Source: a virus (Duplodnaviria > Caudoviricetes). Taken from it: a stretch of DNA of 56,981 nt. Below are positions 8,442 to 17,312 of this stretch, piece after piece (the stretch's first letter is position 1; every line of letters starts with the position of its first letter). The DNA is taken from positions 1-56,981 of IMG/VR virus record IMGVR_UViG_3300023184_002488, one strand, 5' to 3'. The notes under the pieces were generated by a model that did not search any database, was not told the DNA's origin, and worked only from the letters and a program-made list of their open reading frames with translations. The translations under genes and the position numbers were made by a program.

Positions 8442-9275
8442 CTACTCTAGGTGTAGAGCACTTGGATTATTCTGTAAAAACTTGTGTCTGTATAAATTCC
8501 AAATGTCATATAATTCGTCGCTAGAATGCCGATTTATCAGCACTTTTAGGTCACTTAATGCCATGATTTCGTCGATAACGGCCTGGTATTTCATAGGCAC
8601 TGTGTCGGGTGTGTGTTTGTATCCGATGCTCTTGATACCTTCTAATTCGAGATATGTTGGAATCAATCTTTCAATTAGGAAGGTAAAATTTGGTAAACTT
8701 CGATCGTGTGCATAGTTACTCAATCCTTGACCAAATACCTGATGTTTGAATTCTGGATCCTTGTCAGCTTCAGAGAATAGCTTGCGAGTAAACTCCATGA
8801 ACTTGGCCCAGAATTCTCGGCTACCTACGATATAGTTTGCGAAAACAGTAGTGTGACGATCTAATACCATACCTTTGACGTCTATGTCACCGTAGCCAAT
8901 TTTCTTTAAGAACGTATTGCCAATGACACTGATGTTTGGATGATGGATATCACCTTGTTCCCAACTGTTGGCAAATACCGCTTCATTGACGATGCAGGGA
9001 TTAAACAGGTAAACATCTTGTCCAGGATTGGCATTGATAAAATCAAATACCTGTTGACCTGTTAAGCCAGTTTTTTCTTTAAACTTCCAACTGACAAATC
9101 CCCAGTAGTCTAGATCTTGTTTGACTATATTTTCATATTCTTTGTCCCATACATACCACTCACGCAGTTCTGGCTTGGGATTCTCAGTATTATCTAAAGG
9201 TGTGAATGCAGGATCGCAGTGCACCTTTAGTTCTGGTTTAAAGTATATTTGAAAAACTTTTATGTTTGTTGACAT
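8442..9275 (-). CDS. Glycosyltransferase-like protein
   Basis: VFQIYF start, YWGFVSWKFKEKT, FLIERL; last gene of the RmlB operon. Confidence 0.55.
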   Translation of the reverse strand: MSTNIKVFQIYFKPELKVHCDPAFTPLDNTENPKPELREWYVWDKEYENIVKQDLDYWGFVSWKFKEKTGLTGQQVFDFINANPGQDVYLFNPCIVNEAVFANSWEQGDIHHPNISVIGNTFLKKIGYGDIDVKGMVLDRHTTVFANYIVGSREFWAKFMEFTRKLFSEADKDPEFKHQVFGQGLSNYAHDRSLPNFTFLIERLIPTYLELEGIKSIGYKHTPDTVPMKYQAVIDEIMALSDLKVLINRHSSDELYDIWNLYRHKFLQNNPSALHLE

Positions 9276-10014
9276 AGCGATTGACGTCCTCAGTTAAATT
9301 TCTACTTCTTGGAATAAATTCATGTTCCAATCTATGTGTTAATGTTTCTTTGTTGGTGATATGATGGAATCCCCAGTTGCGTTGACGATCCACTAAAGGT
9401 ATTTGCGTTTGTATCTGTAGTTTACGGGCCAGGGTTTGTTCATCAAACGGACACCAACCATAGTAAAATATCACCAATTGGTCTGTGGTATACGATTCAT
9501 AGTGGCGGCCGGGGATCGGATATTGCACAGGAACATTATGTATGCTACGGGCACGACGTTCACGGAAGTTACTGGTCTCTCTGGCTGTGGTGTAACTACC
9601 CCAGAAATCAAATCCATTAAACTTTTGTTCATACAACGGCAGATCTTGTGTTACTGATCTGTCTCTATCGCAGTCAACAAAGAACATACTAGGTAATAGG
9701 TGCTGTCCCAGATTGTTATCTAAGATACTATAGTCGCCAATCATCAGTTCTGTCACGTTAAGACAGATGCGCCAACCCTCTAAGCTCTTTTCAATATCCA
9801 TGACTTCGTAATCGATCTGATCAGCTTGGAAGTTGGGATTCCGAGACATCACTATATCCCAAGTAGGACAGATTTCTTTGATTATTTCTCGACTACGATC
9901 AGTTGAATGATAATCAATCATCACTCCATGATCAAATATCTGCTTGTGATGGTTAAGGAACCATGGTAGCATGTATTCTTCATTGTAGAAATGACATAAT
10001 ATCGTTTTTTTCAT
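9238..10014 (-). CDS. GT2-like glycosyltransferase (paralog of 10687-11499)
   Basis: HFYNEEYMLPWFLNHH, IDYHSTDRS; start at 10014 overlaps the upstream stop (ATGA). Confidence 0.8.
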   Translation of the reverse strand: MKKTILCHFYNEEYMLPWFLNHHKQIFDHGVMIDYHSTDRSREIIKEICPTWDIVMSRNPNFQADQIDYEVMDIEKSLEGWRICLNVTELMIGDYSILDNNLGQHLLPSMFFVDCDRDRSVTQDLPLYEQKFNGFDFWGSYTTARETSNFRERRARSIHNVPVQYPIPGRHYESYTTDQLVIFYYGWCPFDEQTLARKLQIQTQIPLVDRQRNWGFHHITNKETLTHRLEHEFIPRSRNLTEDVNRYVNKHKSFSNIL

Positions 10015-10685
10015 TTTAATGGATTCTTTAGTATTAACCAATCTTCTTGTGGGAAAAATATTTCTCCGGCTTTGGTATCTATCTTCCAAGGTTGAGGTTT
10101 TGGTCCTGGTATAAAGATCACCTGCTCAAATCTATCCTTGAAGATATCGGGACCATAGTTTTCATGTCTAGTGCCAAATATCATAGTGCCGGTTGGTTTA
10201 GCTATGCTGATCAAACGATCAATATAACGTTCAATACTAACATGCATACCAAAAGCACACAAACTAAAAATCAAATCAACTTCAGGCAACGTTGCCCAAT
10301 CATCAGATTCCGTATCAAAAGTCCTAAATTTCTTTAAGCCGTTGAGCTCACAAAAATCAGCGGTTAATGCTAGGTCATTATAAAAGTCTTCATTTTCGGG
10401 ATCACAGTTTGGAGCTTTGTTCCATTGCCATCCAGTCCTATCAGCTAGTATATACTCTACACTATCATCAGTCAATAGGTGATTTAAGAAAACACTACCG
10501 CGGCCTACACCTGCGCCAGCTTCAAATACTAGTTTTGGATTGCCTATATGATCTTTAAATTGATTGAACTCATGCATGGATAGATCTGCATACATTTTAA
10601 GGTCTTGGGATACTTGGACTTCGTGTTGCTGTTCAAAGATGTATTTTAAATGTTCTTGTTTATATTTGTATTCATATTGATCCAT
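10011..10685 (-). CDS. Putative class I SAM-dependent methyltransferase
   Basis: VFEAGAGVGR motif I, VDLIFSL, KPTGTMIF. Confidence 0.65.
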   Translation of the reverse strand: MDQYEYKYKQEHLKYIFEQQHEVQVSQDLKMYADLSMHEFNQFKDHIGNPKLVFEAGAGVGRGSVFLNHLLTDDSVEYILADRTGWQWNKAPNCDPENEDFYNDLALTADFCELNGLKKFRTFDTESDDWATLPEVDLIFSLCAFGMHVSIERYIDRLISIAKPTGTMIFGTRHENYGPDIFKDRFEQVIFIPGPKPQPWKIDTKAGEIFFPQEDWLILKNPLK

Positions 10686-10686
10686 G

Positions 10687-11499
10687 TTAAAAGTATTGTC
10701 CTGTTATCCTATGATTATGTTCTAGTATCGGTCGCATGGTTTCTCTGAGATCTACTGCCTGTGGCTGTTGATCTACTCTGTATTGTTCAAACATTTGTTC
10801 TCGAGTTCTGTCATGGTGACAGCCCACAAACTGTCCACCAAGTTTAGCTTTGACCTGTAGTTTCCTTTTTAACCCTAGTTCACTGATATCAGCCCAACCG
10901 TAGTAGAAAATCACAAGATCATCAAAGTCGGGTTTAGTGTCTGGAAAATGCCGACCATAGTCAGGATATTTCCTTGGATAGTTGTGTATGCTGCGTGGTA
11001 ATCGTCTGGTGCTGCCAGGAAGTGATATACTTCCGGCCGAACTAGTCTCAACATATCCCCAATACCTTTGTTCGTGCAGTGGTCGATCGTGATATACATG
11101 TGGAGGATGTTTGGTTGTATCTTCCATGTCTACAAACACATAGTTACCTATATGGAAATGGAAGTTCTCGGGGTATTCAACGTCTTGTATTTCGTGTTGT
11201 TCATGATCTATATGATCAGTGTTACCATATAAAAATTCAGGAACATTCAAGGACATGCGCCACCCTGAAATTTGCTGTTCGTAATCCATGACTTCAAGGT
11301 CTATTTTTTCTGCATGGAAATCTATATTGCGGCTATAGCGTATTTCCCACGTGGGGCATAACTCTCTGATGATTTCTACGCTACGGTCAGTCGAATGATA
11401 GTTGATCATTATACCGTGATCAAATATAGATCTATGATGGTTCAGCCACCAGGGCAATAAAAATTCTTCGTTGTAGAAATGGCAAATTACTGTTTTCAT
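10687..11499 (-). CDS. GT2-like glycosyltransferase
   Basis: HFYNEEFLLPWWLNHH, INYHSTDRS; shares RSIHN and VIFYYGW with 9238-10014. Confidence 0.8.
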   Translation of the reverse strand: MKTVICHFYNEEFLLPWWLNHHRSIFDHGIMINYHSTDRSVEIIRELCPTWEIRYSRNIDFHAEKIDLEVMDYEQQISGWRMSLNVPEFLYGNTDHIDHEQHEIQDVEYPENFHFHIGNYVFVDMEDTTKHPPHVYHDRPLHEQRYWGYVETSSAGSISLPGSTRRLPRSIHNYPRKYPDYGRHFPDTKPDFDDLVIFYYGWADISELGLKRKLQVKAKLGGQFVGCHHDRTREQMFEQYRVDQQPQAVDLRETMRPILEHNHRITGQYF

Positions 11500-11507
11500 A
11501 CATATAT

Positions 11508-12716
11508 TTACTCAACGTTAATAGTTGGAAAATATCTAATAAACACATCACCTTCACGATCACGTTTGTTTTTAATATTCTTACGGATTTCTGTAAAGAA
11601 ATTCCAAGCCAATGGCACGAATGCTACTTTAACGTCGGCATATTCATCTAGTTTAGCGATAGGCACAACAGGTGTGCTCATGCCTGGGCTATATAATCCT
11701 TGTTTAAGTGGATTATCATCGATAATATAATCAAGATGTATTTCACCAAAGTTCAATAAGGTATTGCCTTTGGCAGCCGCGCCGTAGCCCACGATCAGAT
11801 AATCTAATGTGCGATAGTGCATGATAGTCTGTTTAAGATCTTCTACGATAGTAGCGGCACGATCAGCATAGGCCAGATAGGTATTCATATCTTGTAGGCC
11901 TAGAGCATGTTCTTCTGCTAGCACTGCATCAACCTTACTAGTATCTTCAGCTGTTTTCTTAAACACAAACATATAGCTGTTACCATGGATCGGTGTCTTA
12001 CGGATATCTACTAAGAATAGCCCAGCACGCTGAGCCAATGCGCTCATACTACTAGCATTAAAGAAACTTAGATGCTCATGATAGATAGTGTCAAACTCAT
12101 TATTCTTTACCATGTCTGCTTGACTAGTCTGGATAAACAACACACTAGTATCATGCATGATCTCTTTACACTGTTTAAGGAATTCTAGTGGGTAACTATT
12201 ATGAGCAAAAACGTTTTGTGCAGTGATGATATCTAAATTCTTACTACCATAGTGATAGGCATATTTGTCTGTGAAGTAATCACATACCACATCATGATTA
12301 GCTGAACTCAATGGATGTAGATTTTCAGCGGGGTCAACACCATAGGTCTTCAAGCCCAATGCTTTGAAACTGTTAAGTTGACTACCATCATTACATGCGA
12401 TGTCTAATACTGACGTAGCATCTGGCACATAAGTTAATGTTTCTCGAGCGAACCAATCAAAGTAGTCACGCAGTGTTTGACTTGTGCCACTCACATATAG
12501 ATAGTTCTTAAACAATAAATCTGGATCTACTGCATGACTTAGTTGTAGGTGTGTGCAGTCTTCGCAGATATTTAAGCGTAATGGGAATGTTGGTTCATCT
12601 TCCTCTGCTGTTTTTTTAAAGCTGTTAGCTAGTGGTTGCTCGTTTAAGTCTAGGACTAATTTTAGTCGTCCACTGCCACAGCATAAGCATTCGTCGAGTT
12701 GTTTAGCGTCTTGCAT
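11508..12716 (-). CDS. NDP-sugar C-methyltransferase (TylCIII/EryBIII/NovU family)
   Basis: Zn-binding CLCC...CEDC, QPLAN, DIACNDG, NVFAH, DTIYHEH, YGAAAKGNTLLN, DDNPLKQG, LAWNF. Confidence 0.9.
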   Translation of the reverse strand: MQDAKQLDECLCCGSGRLKLVLDLNEQPLANSFKKTAEEDEPTFPLRLNICEDCTHLQLSHAVDPDLLFKNYLYVSGTSQTLRDYFDWFARETLTYVPDATSVLDIACNDGSQLNSFKALGLKTYGVDPAENLHPLSSANHDVVCDYFTDKYAYHYGSKNLDIITAQNVFAHNSYPLEFLKQCKEIMHDTSVLFIQTSQADMVKNNEFDTIYHEHLSFFNASSMSALAQRAGLFLVDIRKTPIHGNSYMFVFKKTAEDTSKVDAVLAEEHALGLQDMNTYLAYADRAATIVEDLKQTIMHYRTLDYLIVGYGAAAKGNTLLNFGEIHLDYIIDDNPLKQGLYSPGMSTPVVPIAKLDEYADVKVAFVPLAWNFFTEIRKNIKNKRDREGDVFIRYFPTINVE

Positions 12717-13632
12717 GTTCGGGTTCCCAATTATAAATTATATATTTGTCTCTCCACTGTGGCTGACTTTCTCCATAGTGTTCTATCAATCCATTTAATA
12801 TCGTATCTGTTGTTTCTTTAAATTCAAAATTAAATGTCTGTTCAAACAAAGTTGTATCTAATGCAAAGTCATAGGCATTGGCAGTGTTACCCTTGTCTAC
12901 GATGTCGGCACCAAGTTTCCTGCTAACTGCTTGGGCTATCTCACCGACCGTGGCATTAAAACTGCTTAGGTTATAGATACCTGGCACTGGTTGTTCAATA
13001 CAACGTTCTACCGCACGGCATAGATCTTCTATACCTAACATAGCACGACTGATTTGCTTGTTACTTACCTGTATACCTGTGCCATTCTGCACACTGTGAT
13101 ACATACTATTGATCATCACATCAACACGTAGGTTAGCACTATATCCATTGACTGTGCCAAATCTTAATCCTATTACTTTCTTGCCTACTAGGTTTGCTAT
13201 TGTTGCCTGTTGGTCTAGCGCATACTTGGTAACATCATAGTTGTTTACAGGCACAAATATCTTGTTAGTTTCTTTGTGTCGCTCACCTGGCGCACTGTTA
13301 CCATATACACTAGCACTACTAGCATAGATTACCAATTGACTGATATCTAGTTTGTCTAGTAGGTTAGTAAAGTTAGTGACATTGTTTAACCAAGGTCCGG
13401 GCAGTGCGCCATTACAACTTGGTACACTCGAGTGTCCGGCTAGGACTACGACCACTTCAAACTCTGCTAGTTCTTTACGAGAAAGTTTTTGATAGTCTCT
13501 ACGGTCACTGGTCTCATCATAGTTAAACCAACAGATGTCATTAGTCTTGACAAAATGATTTTTCCTTAGGACTTCTCTGAGTCTAGTTCCAATGTAGCCT
13601 GCACCACCTAGGATCAATACTTTTTTCATCAA
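12703..13632 (-). CDS. NAD-dependent epimerase/dehydratase/reductase (extended SDR)
   Basis: GGAGYIG, YASSASVYG, YDVTK, LRFGTVNG. Confidence 0.9.
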   Translation of the reverse strand: MMKKVLILGGAGYIGTRLREVLRKNHFVKTNDICWFNYDETSDRRDYQKLSRKELAEFEVVVVLAGHSSVPSCNGALPGPWLNNVTNFTNLLDKLDISQLVIYASSASVYGNSAPGERHKETNKIFVPVNNYDVTKYALDQQATIANLVGKKVIGLRFGTVNGYSANLRVDVMINSMYHSVQNGTGIQVSNKQISRAMLGIEDLCRAVERCIEQPVPGIYNLSSFNATVGEIAQAVSRKLGADIVDKGNTANAYDFALDTTLFEQTFNFEFKETTDTILNGLIEHYGESQPQWRDKYIIYNWEPEHARR

Positions 13633-14366
13633 TCAATGATCATCATGCCATTGGGAGCGATATTACCCTGCAGACCTACTGTTTCAACTTCAACTAGCAT
13701 GTCTCTTGGAATGAATTTGCTCATAGCATGCTCATTGTCGATATACTTGCCTTCGTTAAACAATCTAACCATGGTTTCGATGATATCTTTATACAACTGC
13801 ATGGCGTTTAATAGCATGGCAGGAGTAAATGACCATAGACGAGTTTGTAACAGCGTGTTTACACCAGTGTCAGCTGGGTTGATCCAACTTGGTTGAGCCT
13901 TCTTAAACACATATTTGTCTTTGGTATTCTCATTGCTGAACTTGGCGATATCAAACTTGTCAGTGACTTGATACCTACCGCTGAGTTTAAAAACTCGATC
14001 AGCATCTTTGATCTCATCTTTAAGTTTGTCGTCACCAGCGATAAATGTCAGGGCCTTCATCATACCTAGAGCCTCCATGGCGTTCTTACCAATATCATAG
14101 TTGGTAACATTGTTGTGGAAGTATTTGATATCATTGTCGTCACTGTTGTCAATATAATAGTCAACGGTATCGATCAGTTCTTCAAACTCTGCGCTGGTAT
14201 CATTCTGCACATCAACTTTGCTGTTGTCTACAAGAATGATCACTGCACCAGGAATATATTTCTTAGCACTCTTGGCTGTTTCTAATGTCTGCTTGATACG
14301 ATCCTGTGGATTGTAGATTCCATAGTTGGTATAAACTGCTGATGTTAGTAATACGATATTTTTCAT
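13629..14366 (-). CDS. Glycosyltransferase-like hypothetical protein
   Basis: LLTSAV, R-x2-QT, ILVDNS, FKLSGRY; located within the sugar operon. Confidence 0.5.
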   Translation of the reverse strand: MKNIVLLTSAVYTNYGIYNPQDRIKQTLETAKSAKKYIPGAVIILVDNSKVDVQNDTSAEFEELIDTVDYYIDNSDDNDIKYFHNNVTNYDIGKNAMEALGMMKALTFIAGDDKLKDEIKDADRVFKLSGRYQVTDKFDIAKFSNENTKDKYVFKKAQPSWINPADTGVNTLLQTRLWSFTPAMLLNAMQLYKDIIETMVRLFNEGKYIDNEHAMSKFIPRDMLVEVETVGLQGNIAPNGMMIID

Positions 14367-14375
14367 AGTCGTCCT

Positions 14376-15407
14376 TTATTCGCAACGTAGCCAACGGTCA
14401 TTTTTTAATGTCCAGTCTACTACTTCACCGATACGTTCTGTTAAACTAACCTTAGGTTCCCAACCTAAACTGCGCATGTAGTCACCGCTGAGAGCATAAC
14501 GCAAGTCATGTCCCGGGCGTGAGCTATGGAAGTCTACCATTTCATACTTCAATTCTTTTCCTTGCGCATCAGCGATAATCTGTGCTAGTTGTAAATTATT
14601 AATTTCTTGTTTGCCTACTAGATTGAACTTAGGACATTTAGCATCACCGTAGTCTGCTTCTAGTTTAGTTGAGTCTAATCCCAGCAAGAACATCATAGCG
14701 TCTGCTACATCTGCCGCATGGATATAGAAACGACTACCCGGAATAGTGCGTGTGCTGTCACTGTGGATGGTGATAGCATCGCCATCGTTAACCTTACGGA
14801 TACACATGGGGATAAACTTTTCTGGGTGTTGTCTTTGACCAAACACGTTCATAGTGTGTGTGATGTAGATAGGCATCTTGTAGGTGTTTTCAAATGCCAC
14901 AGCAAGTTCTTCACCGCCGGCTTTGGTCGCTGAATATGGATTGCTAGAATTATAACGATCACGTTCAGCATAGTTAACACCGTTGGGTGCTGGGCCAAAT
15001 ACTTCATCTGTTGAGAAGTAGATGAAACGTTCTAGATTTTTTAGTTTACGGCTAAACTCTAAGATATGACCTGTGCCTACTACGTTGTCCCAGACAAACT
15101 CCATGGGGAATTCAATACTGCGATCAACGTGGCTACCAGCGGCTAGATGTAGGACATAATTCACATCACCGATATCTCTGGCTACCATTGGATTAAGTTC
15201 TGCACGTAGATCATGGAATACGATCTTCACACGCTTTTTGGTTTCTGCATCAAAATCAGCCATCATATCTGATAGTCGATTTAGATTGCCCGAGAAGTCT
15301 AGTCTGTCTAAGCTGACTACGTTCCAATCGGTATTTCTTAAAATGTTTTCAATAACGTGGTGTGCGATAAAACCCGCACCGCCAGTCACTAAGACGGTTT
15401 TTGACAT
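14376..15407 (-). CDS. rmlB: dTDP-glucose 4,6-dehydratase
   Basis: TGGAGFI, HLAAGSHVDRS, STDEVFG, YSATK, QHPEKFIP, RPGHDLRYAL. Confidence 0.92.
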   Translation of the reverse strand: MSKTVLVTGGAGFIAHHVIENILRNTDWNVVSLDRLDFSGNLNRLSDMMADFDAETKKRVKIVFHDLRAELNPMVARDIGDVNYVLHLAAGSHVDRSIEFPMEFVWDNVVGTGHILEFSRKLKNLERFIYFSTDEVFGPAPNGVNYAERDRYNSSNPYSATKAGGEELAVAFENTYKMPIYITHTMNVFGQRQHPEKFIPMCIRKVNDGDAITIHSDSTRTIPGSRFYIHAADVADAMMFLLGLDSTKLEADYGDAKCPKFNLVGKQEINNLQLAQIIADAQGKELKYEMVDFHSSRPGHDLRYALSGDYMRSLGWEPKVSLTERIGEVVDWTLKNDRWLRCE

Positions 15408-15446
15408 TGATTTCTCCAGTTTTCGTTGAATTTTACTGCTTTTTGA

Positions 15447-15453
15447 TATTTAT
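15447..15453 (-). promoter_or_regulatory. T4-late-like promoter ATAAATA
   Basis: 40 nt upstream of the rmlB start. Confidence 0.6.
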
Positions 15454-15476
15454 TCATATCAAAATAGGCATAAAAA

Positions 15477-15650
15477 TTATGCTTCTACTCGGTCTGCTAC
15501 TGTGCGTGCAACCTTGGTTTCTACGTATTCTTTGATAAACTTGATAGCTTTGCGGCTAGTATCAAAAACATACTCACTGGTTTCATCTTCTTGTGTTAGG
15601 ATCACTACGAATCCATTTGTTACTTTACGAATTTCAATTGAATCAAACAT
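15477..15650 (-). CDS. Hypothetical protein, 57 aa (not in ORF track)
   Basis: MFDSIEIRKVTNGFVVILTQEDETSEYVFDTSRKAIKFIKEYVETKVARTVADRVEA*; GAGGAA RBS; has its own promoter. Confidence 0.8.
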   Translation of the reverse strand: MFDSIEIRKVTNGFVVILTQEDETSEYVFDTSRKAIKFIKEYVETKVARTVADRVEA

Positions 15651-15682
15651 GTTGTTTCCTCTTATAAGATTATTACCTTATA

Positions 15683-15711
15683 ATAGTAGCAGGTTTAGAT
15701 AAAAAAGTCAA
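15683..15711 (-). promoter_or_regulatory. sigma70-type promoter TTGACT-N17-TACTAT
   Basis: -35 at 15711-15706, -10 at 15688-15683. Confidence 0.7.
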
Positions 15712-15712
15712 C

Positions 15713-15740
15713 AAAAAAGGCTACCTAAATAGCCTTTTTT
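15713..15740 (-). terminator. Intrinsic terminator (bidirectional form)
   Basis: AAAAAAGGCTA-cctaaa-TAGCCTTTTTT, downstream of the porin gene. Confidence 0.85.
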
Positions 15741-15757
15741 ATCATCCAAATATTGGA

Positions 15758-16324
15758 TTAGAAACGAATACCAACACCACCTTGGATGCTTGTGTATTCT
15801 GAATCACCAGTTGTGCGACCAATACTACCTGTTAGGTAAGTAGTTTTGTTTAGATCATAATCAGCACCTACTTTGTAAGTGTTTGTGCGATCTGCATGGC
15901 TGTCGCTAAATGCATCACGATATCTGTATGATGCTTTAACTTTCAATGCGTCATTGATTGCATATGAAAGACCTGGTTCTACAGTATAGTAACCATAGTT
16001 TGTGTCATCGGCATATTTCTCGCCGATTGAACCACGAACGCTAGCACTTAGTTTGTCCCATACTCGAGCTTCGTATGTTGCGCCAAGTTCTAACCGGTTT
16101 GATGATTTGTGTGAGTTTTCTTCAACACGGAATTCATTCTTAGCATCTAACTTAACGCCATAGCCAACATCAGTACCAATTTGTAAATTGAAACCGTTTT
16201 TGTCGTTTGGTTTGTTAGTGTAATTGTAGTGAACACCTTCTAATTTTACATAGCTACCTTCAGCCATTACTACACCGCTGAATGCTAGGCCAGCGATAAG
16301 TGTTGCGATTAAACTTTTTTTCAT
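15758..16324 (-). CDS. Outer-membrane beta-barrel protein (small porin-like)
   Basis: Sec signal MKKSLIATLIAGLAFSGVVMA, alternating amphipathic strands, C-terminal GVGIRF beta-signal. Confidence 0.85.
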   Translation of the reverse strand: MKKSLIATLIAGLAFSGVVMAEGSYVKLEGVHYNYTNKPNDKNGFNLQIGTDVGYGVKLDAKNEFRVEENSHKSSNRLELGATYEARVWDKLSASVRGSIGEKYADDTNYGYYTVEPGLSYAINDALKVKASYRYRDAFSDSHADRTNTYKVGADYDLNKTTYLTGSIGRTTGDSEYTSIQGGVGIRF

Positions 16325-16435
16325 TGTGTTTCCTCAGTTATTAAATTGTTGCAAAAATGCCACAGAATTAAATTCAGATGCATAAAAGCCACGTTTTTAT
16401 TTAGCGATCTAAGATTGCAGTTATATTACTATAGA

Positions 16436-17110
16436 TTATTCTATCTTGATACCGTGTTGATAAATTTTGATACTGTCTTTGGTTAGTCTCACCTGCTCGT
16501 CTTCAGCAACATCACGGGCAACATATAAACTAGGATTGATAATTGCACGATTGCCTATTTTTAACAGTCCTGGCTTATAGGCTTTGACCCACATGCCAAT
16601 ATATACATCATCACCAATATCTGCATGTAACCCTGCTTGACGTTGGATGATAGTATTTTTTCCTACTATGGTTCCGTGTGCCAATCCTACAAAATCATGC
16701 ACCTGGCAAAAATCTTTAAGGGTAGTTCCGGGTTCGATCATAGCACAGTAAGCAATATAAACTCCCTGACCAACTATTGTTCCGGTACCTATGTAGCTAG
16801 TCGGGTCAATGATATTGATACATGATATACCTTGTTCACGCACGAGATTAATAAACATTTTACGTTTACCGGTATCGCGCAGATGATTAGGATCAATGCT
16901 CCAGTTAGTTGCTATAAAGAAATCGTGCGTGTCTTTATATTTGAGTATATTAGTTTCAGAGTCTAGTATGGGGATACCTTGGAACTCTTGTTTATTTCCA
17001 TACCAGTCGCTGTCTAATATGCCCGCAACTGTTAGGCCTTGGCGCTCGGCAGCATCTTTATAACGTATGATGTTGGCACAAGTGCCTAAGAAGATTAAAG
17101 GATTTGACAT
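16436..17110 (-). CDS. Sugar O/N-acyltransferase, NeuD/PglD-like (hexapeptide repeats)
   Basis: N-terminal Rossmann-like domain (VAGILD, GIPIL), then NIIDP-SYIG and left-handed beta-helix repeats; likely start at 17110. Confidence 0.75.
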   Translation of the reverse strand: MSNPLIFLGTCANIIRYKDAAERQGLTVAGILDSDWYGNKQEFQGIPILDSETNILKYKDTHDFFIATNWSIDPNHLRDTGKRKMFINLVREQGISCINIIDPTSYIGTGTIVGQGVYIAYCAMIEPGTTLKDFCQVHDFVGLAHGTIVGKNTIIQRQAGLHADIGDDVYIGMWVKAYKPGLLKIGNRAIINPSLYVARDVAEDEQVRLTKDSIKIYQHGIKIE

Positions 17111-17117
17111 AGTTCTA

Positions 17118-17146
17118 ATTATATAGTAGAATAAACGTATAGTCAA
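17118..17146 (-). promoter_or_regulatory. sigma70-type promoter TTGACT-N17-TATAAT
   Basis: -35 at 17146-17141, -10 at 17123-17118. Confidence 0.8.
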
Positions 17147-17157
17147 CCATCTATTGA

Positions 17158-17165
17158 TATAAATA
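17158..17165 (+). promoter_or_regulatory. T4-late consensus promoter TATAAATA
   Basis: Exact T4 late -10 sequence upstream of the oxygenase operon. Confidence 0.7.
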
Positions 17166-17270
17166 ATATTGCAACGCCGATCTTCAGTATCGACGTCGAA
17201 TTAACCGACCTCTATGTCTTAAATGCGTGGGCCCGTTAATGTCGTATGTGAGTTCTTCACTAGCAATATT
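17165..17270 (+). ncRNA. Candidate structured 5' leader RNA
   Basis: Closing stem AATATTGC/GCAATATT encloses internal hairpins; GC-richer than flanking intergenic DNA. Confidence 0.45.
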
Positions 17271-17312
17271 ATTTTGATTAGTATATAATATAGTTTAATA
17301 GGAGAACTTTAA

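Noticed and set aside
16340-16357. sigma54 promoter (TGGCA...TTGCA) upstream of the porin
   Set aside because: GG-to-GC spacing is 7 nt, not the required 10.
17223-17288. Short upstream ORF (about 21 codons) in the oxygenase leader
   Set aside because: No RBS and no regulatory codon run; the RNA structure explains the region better.
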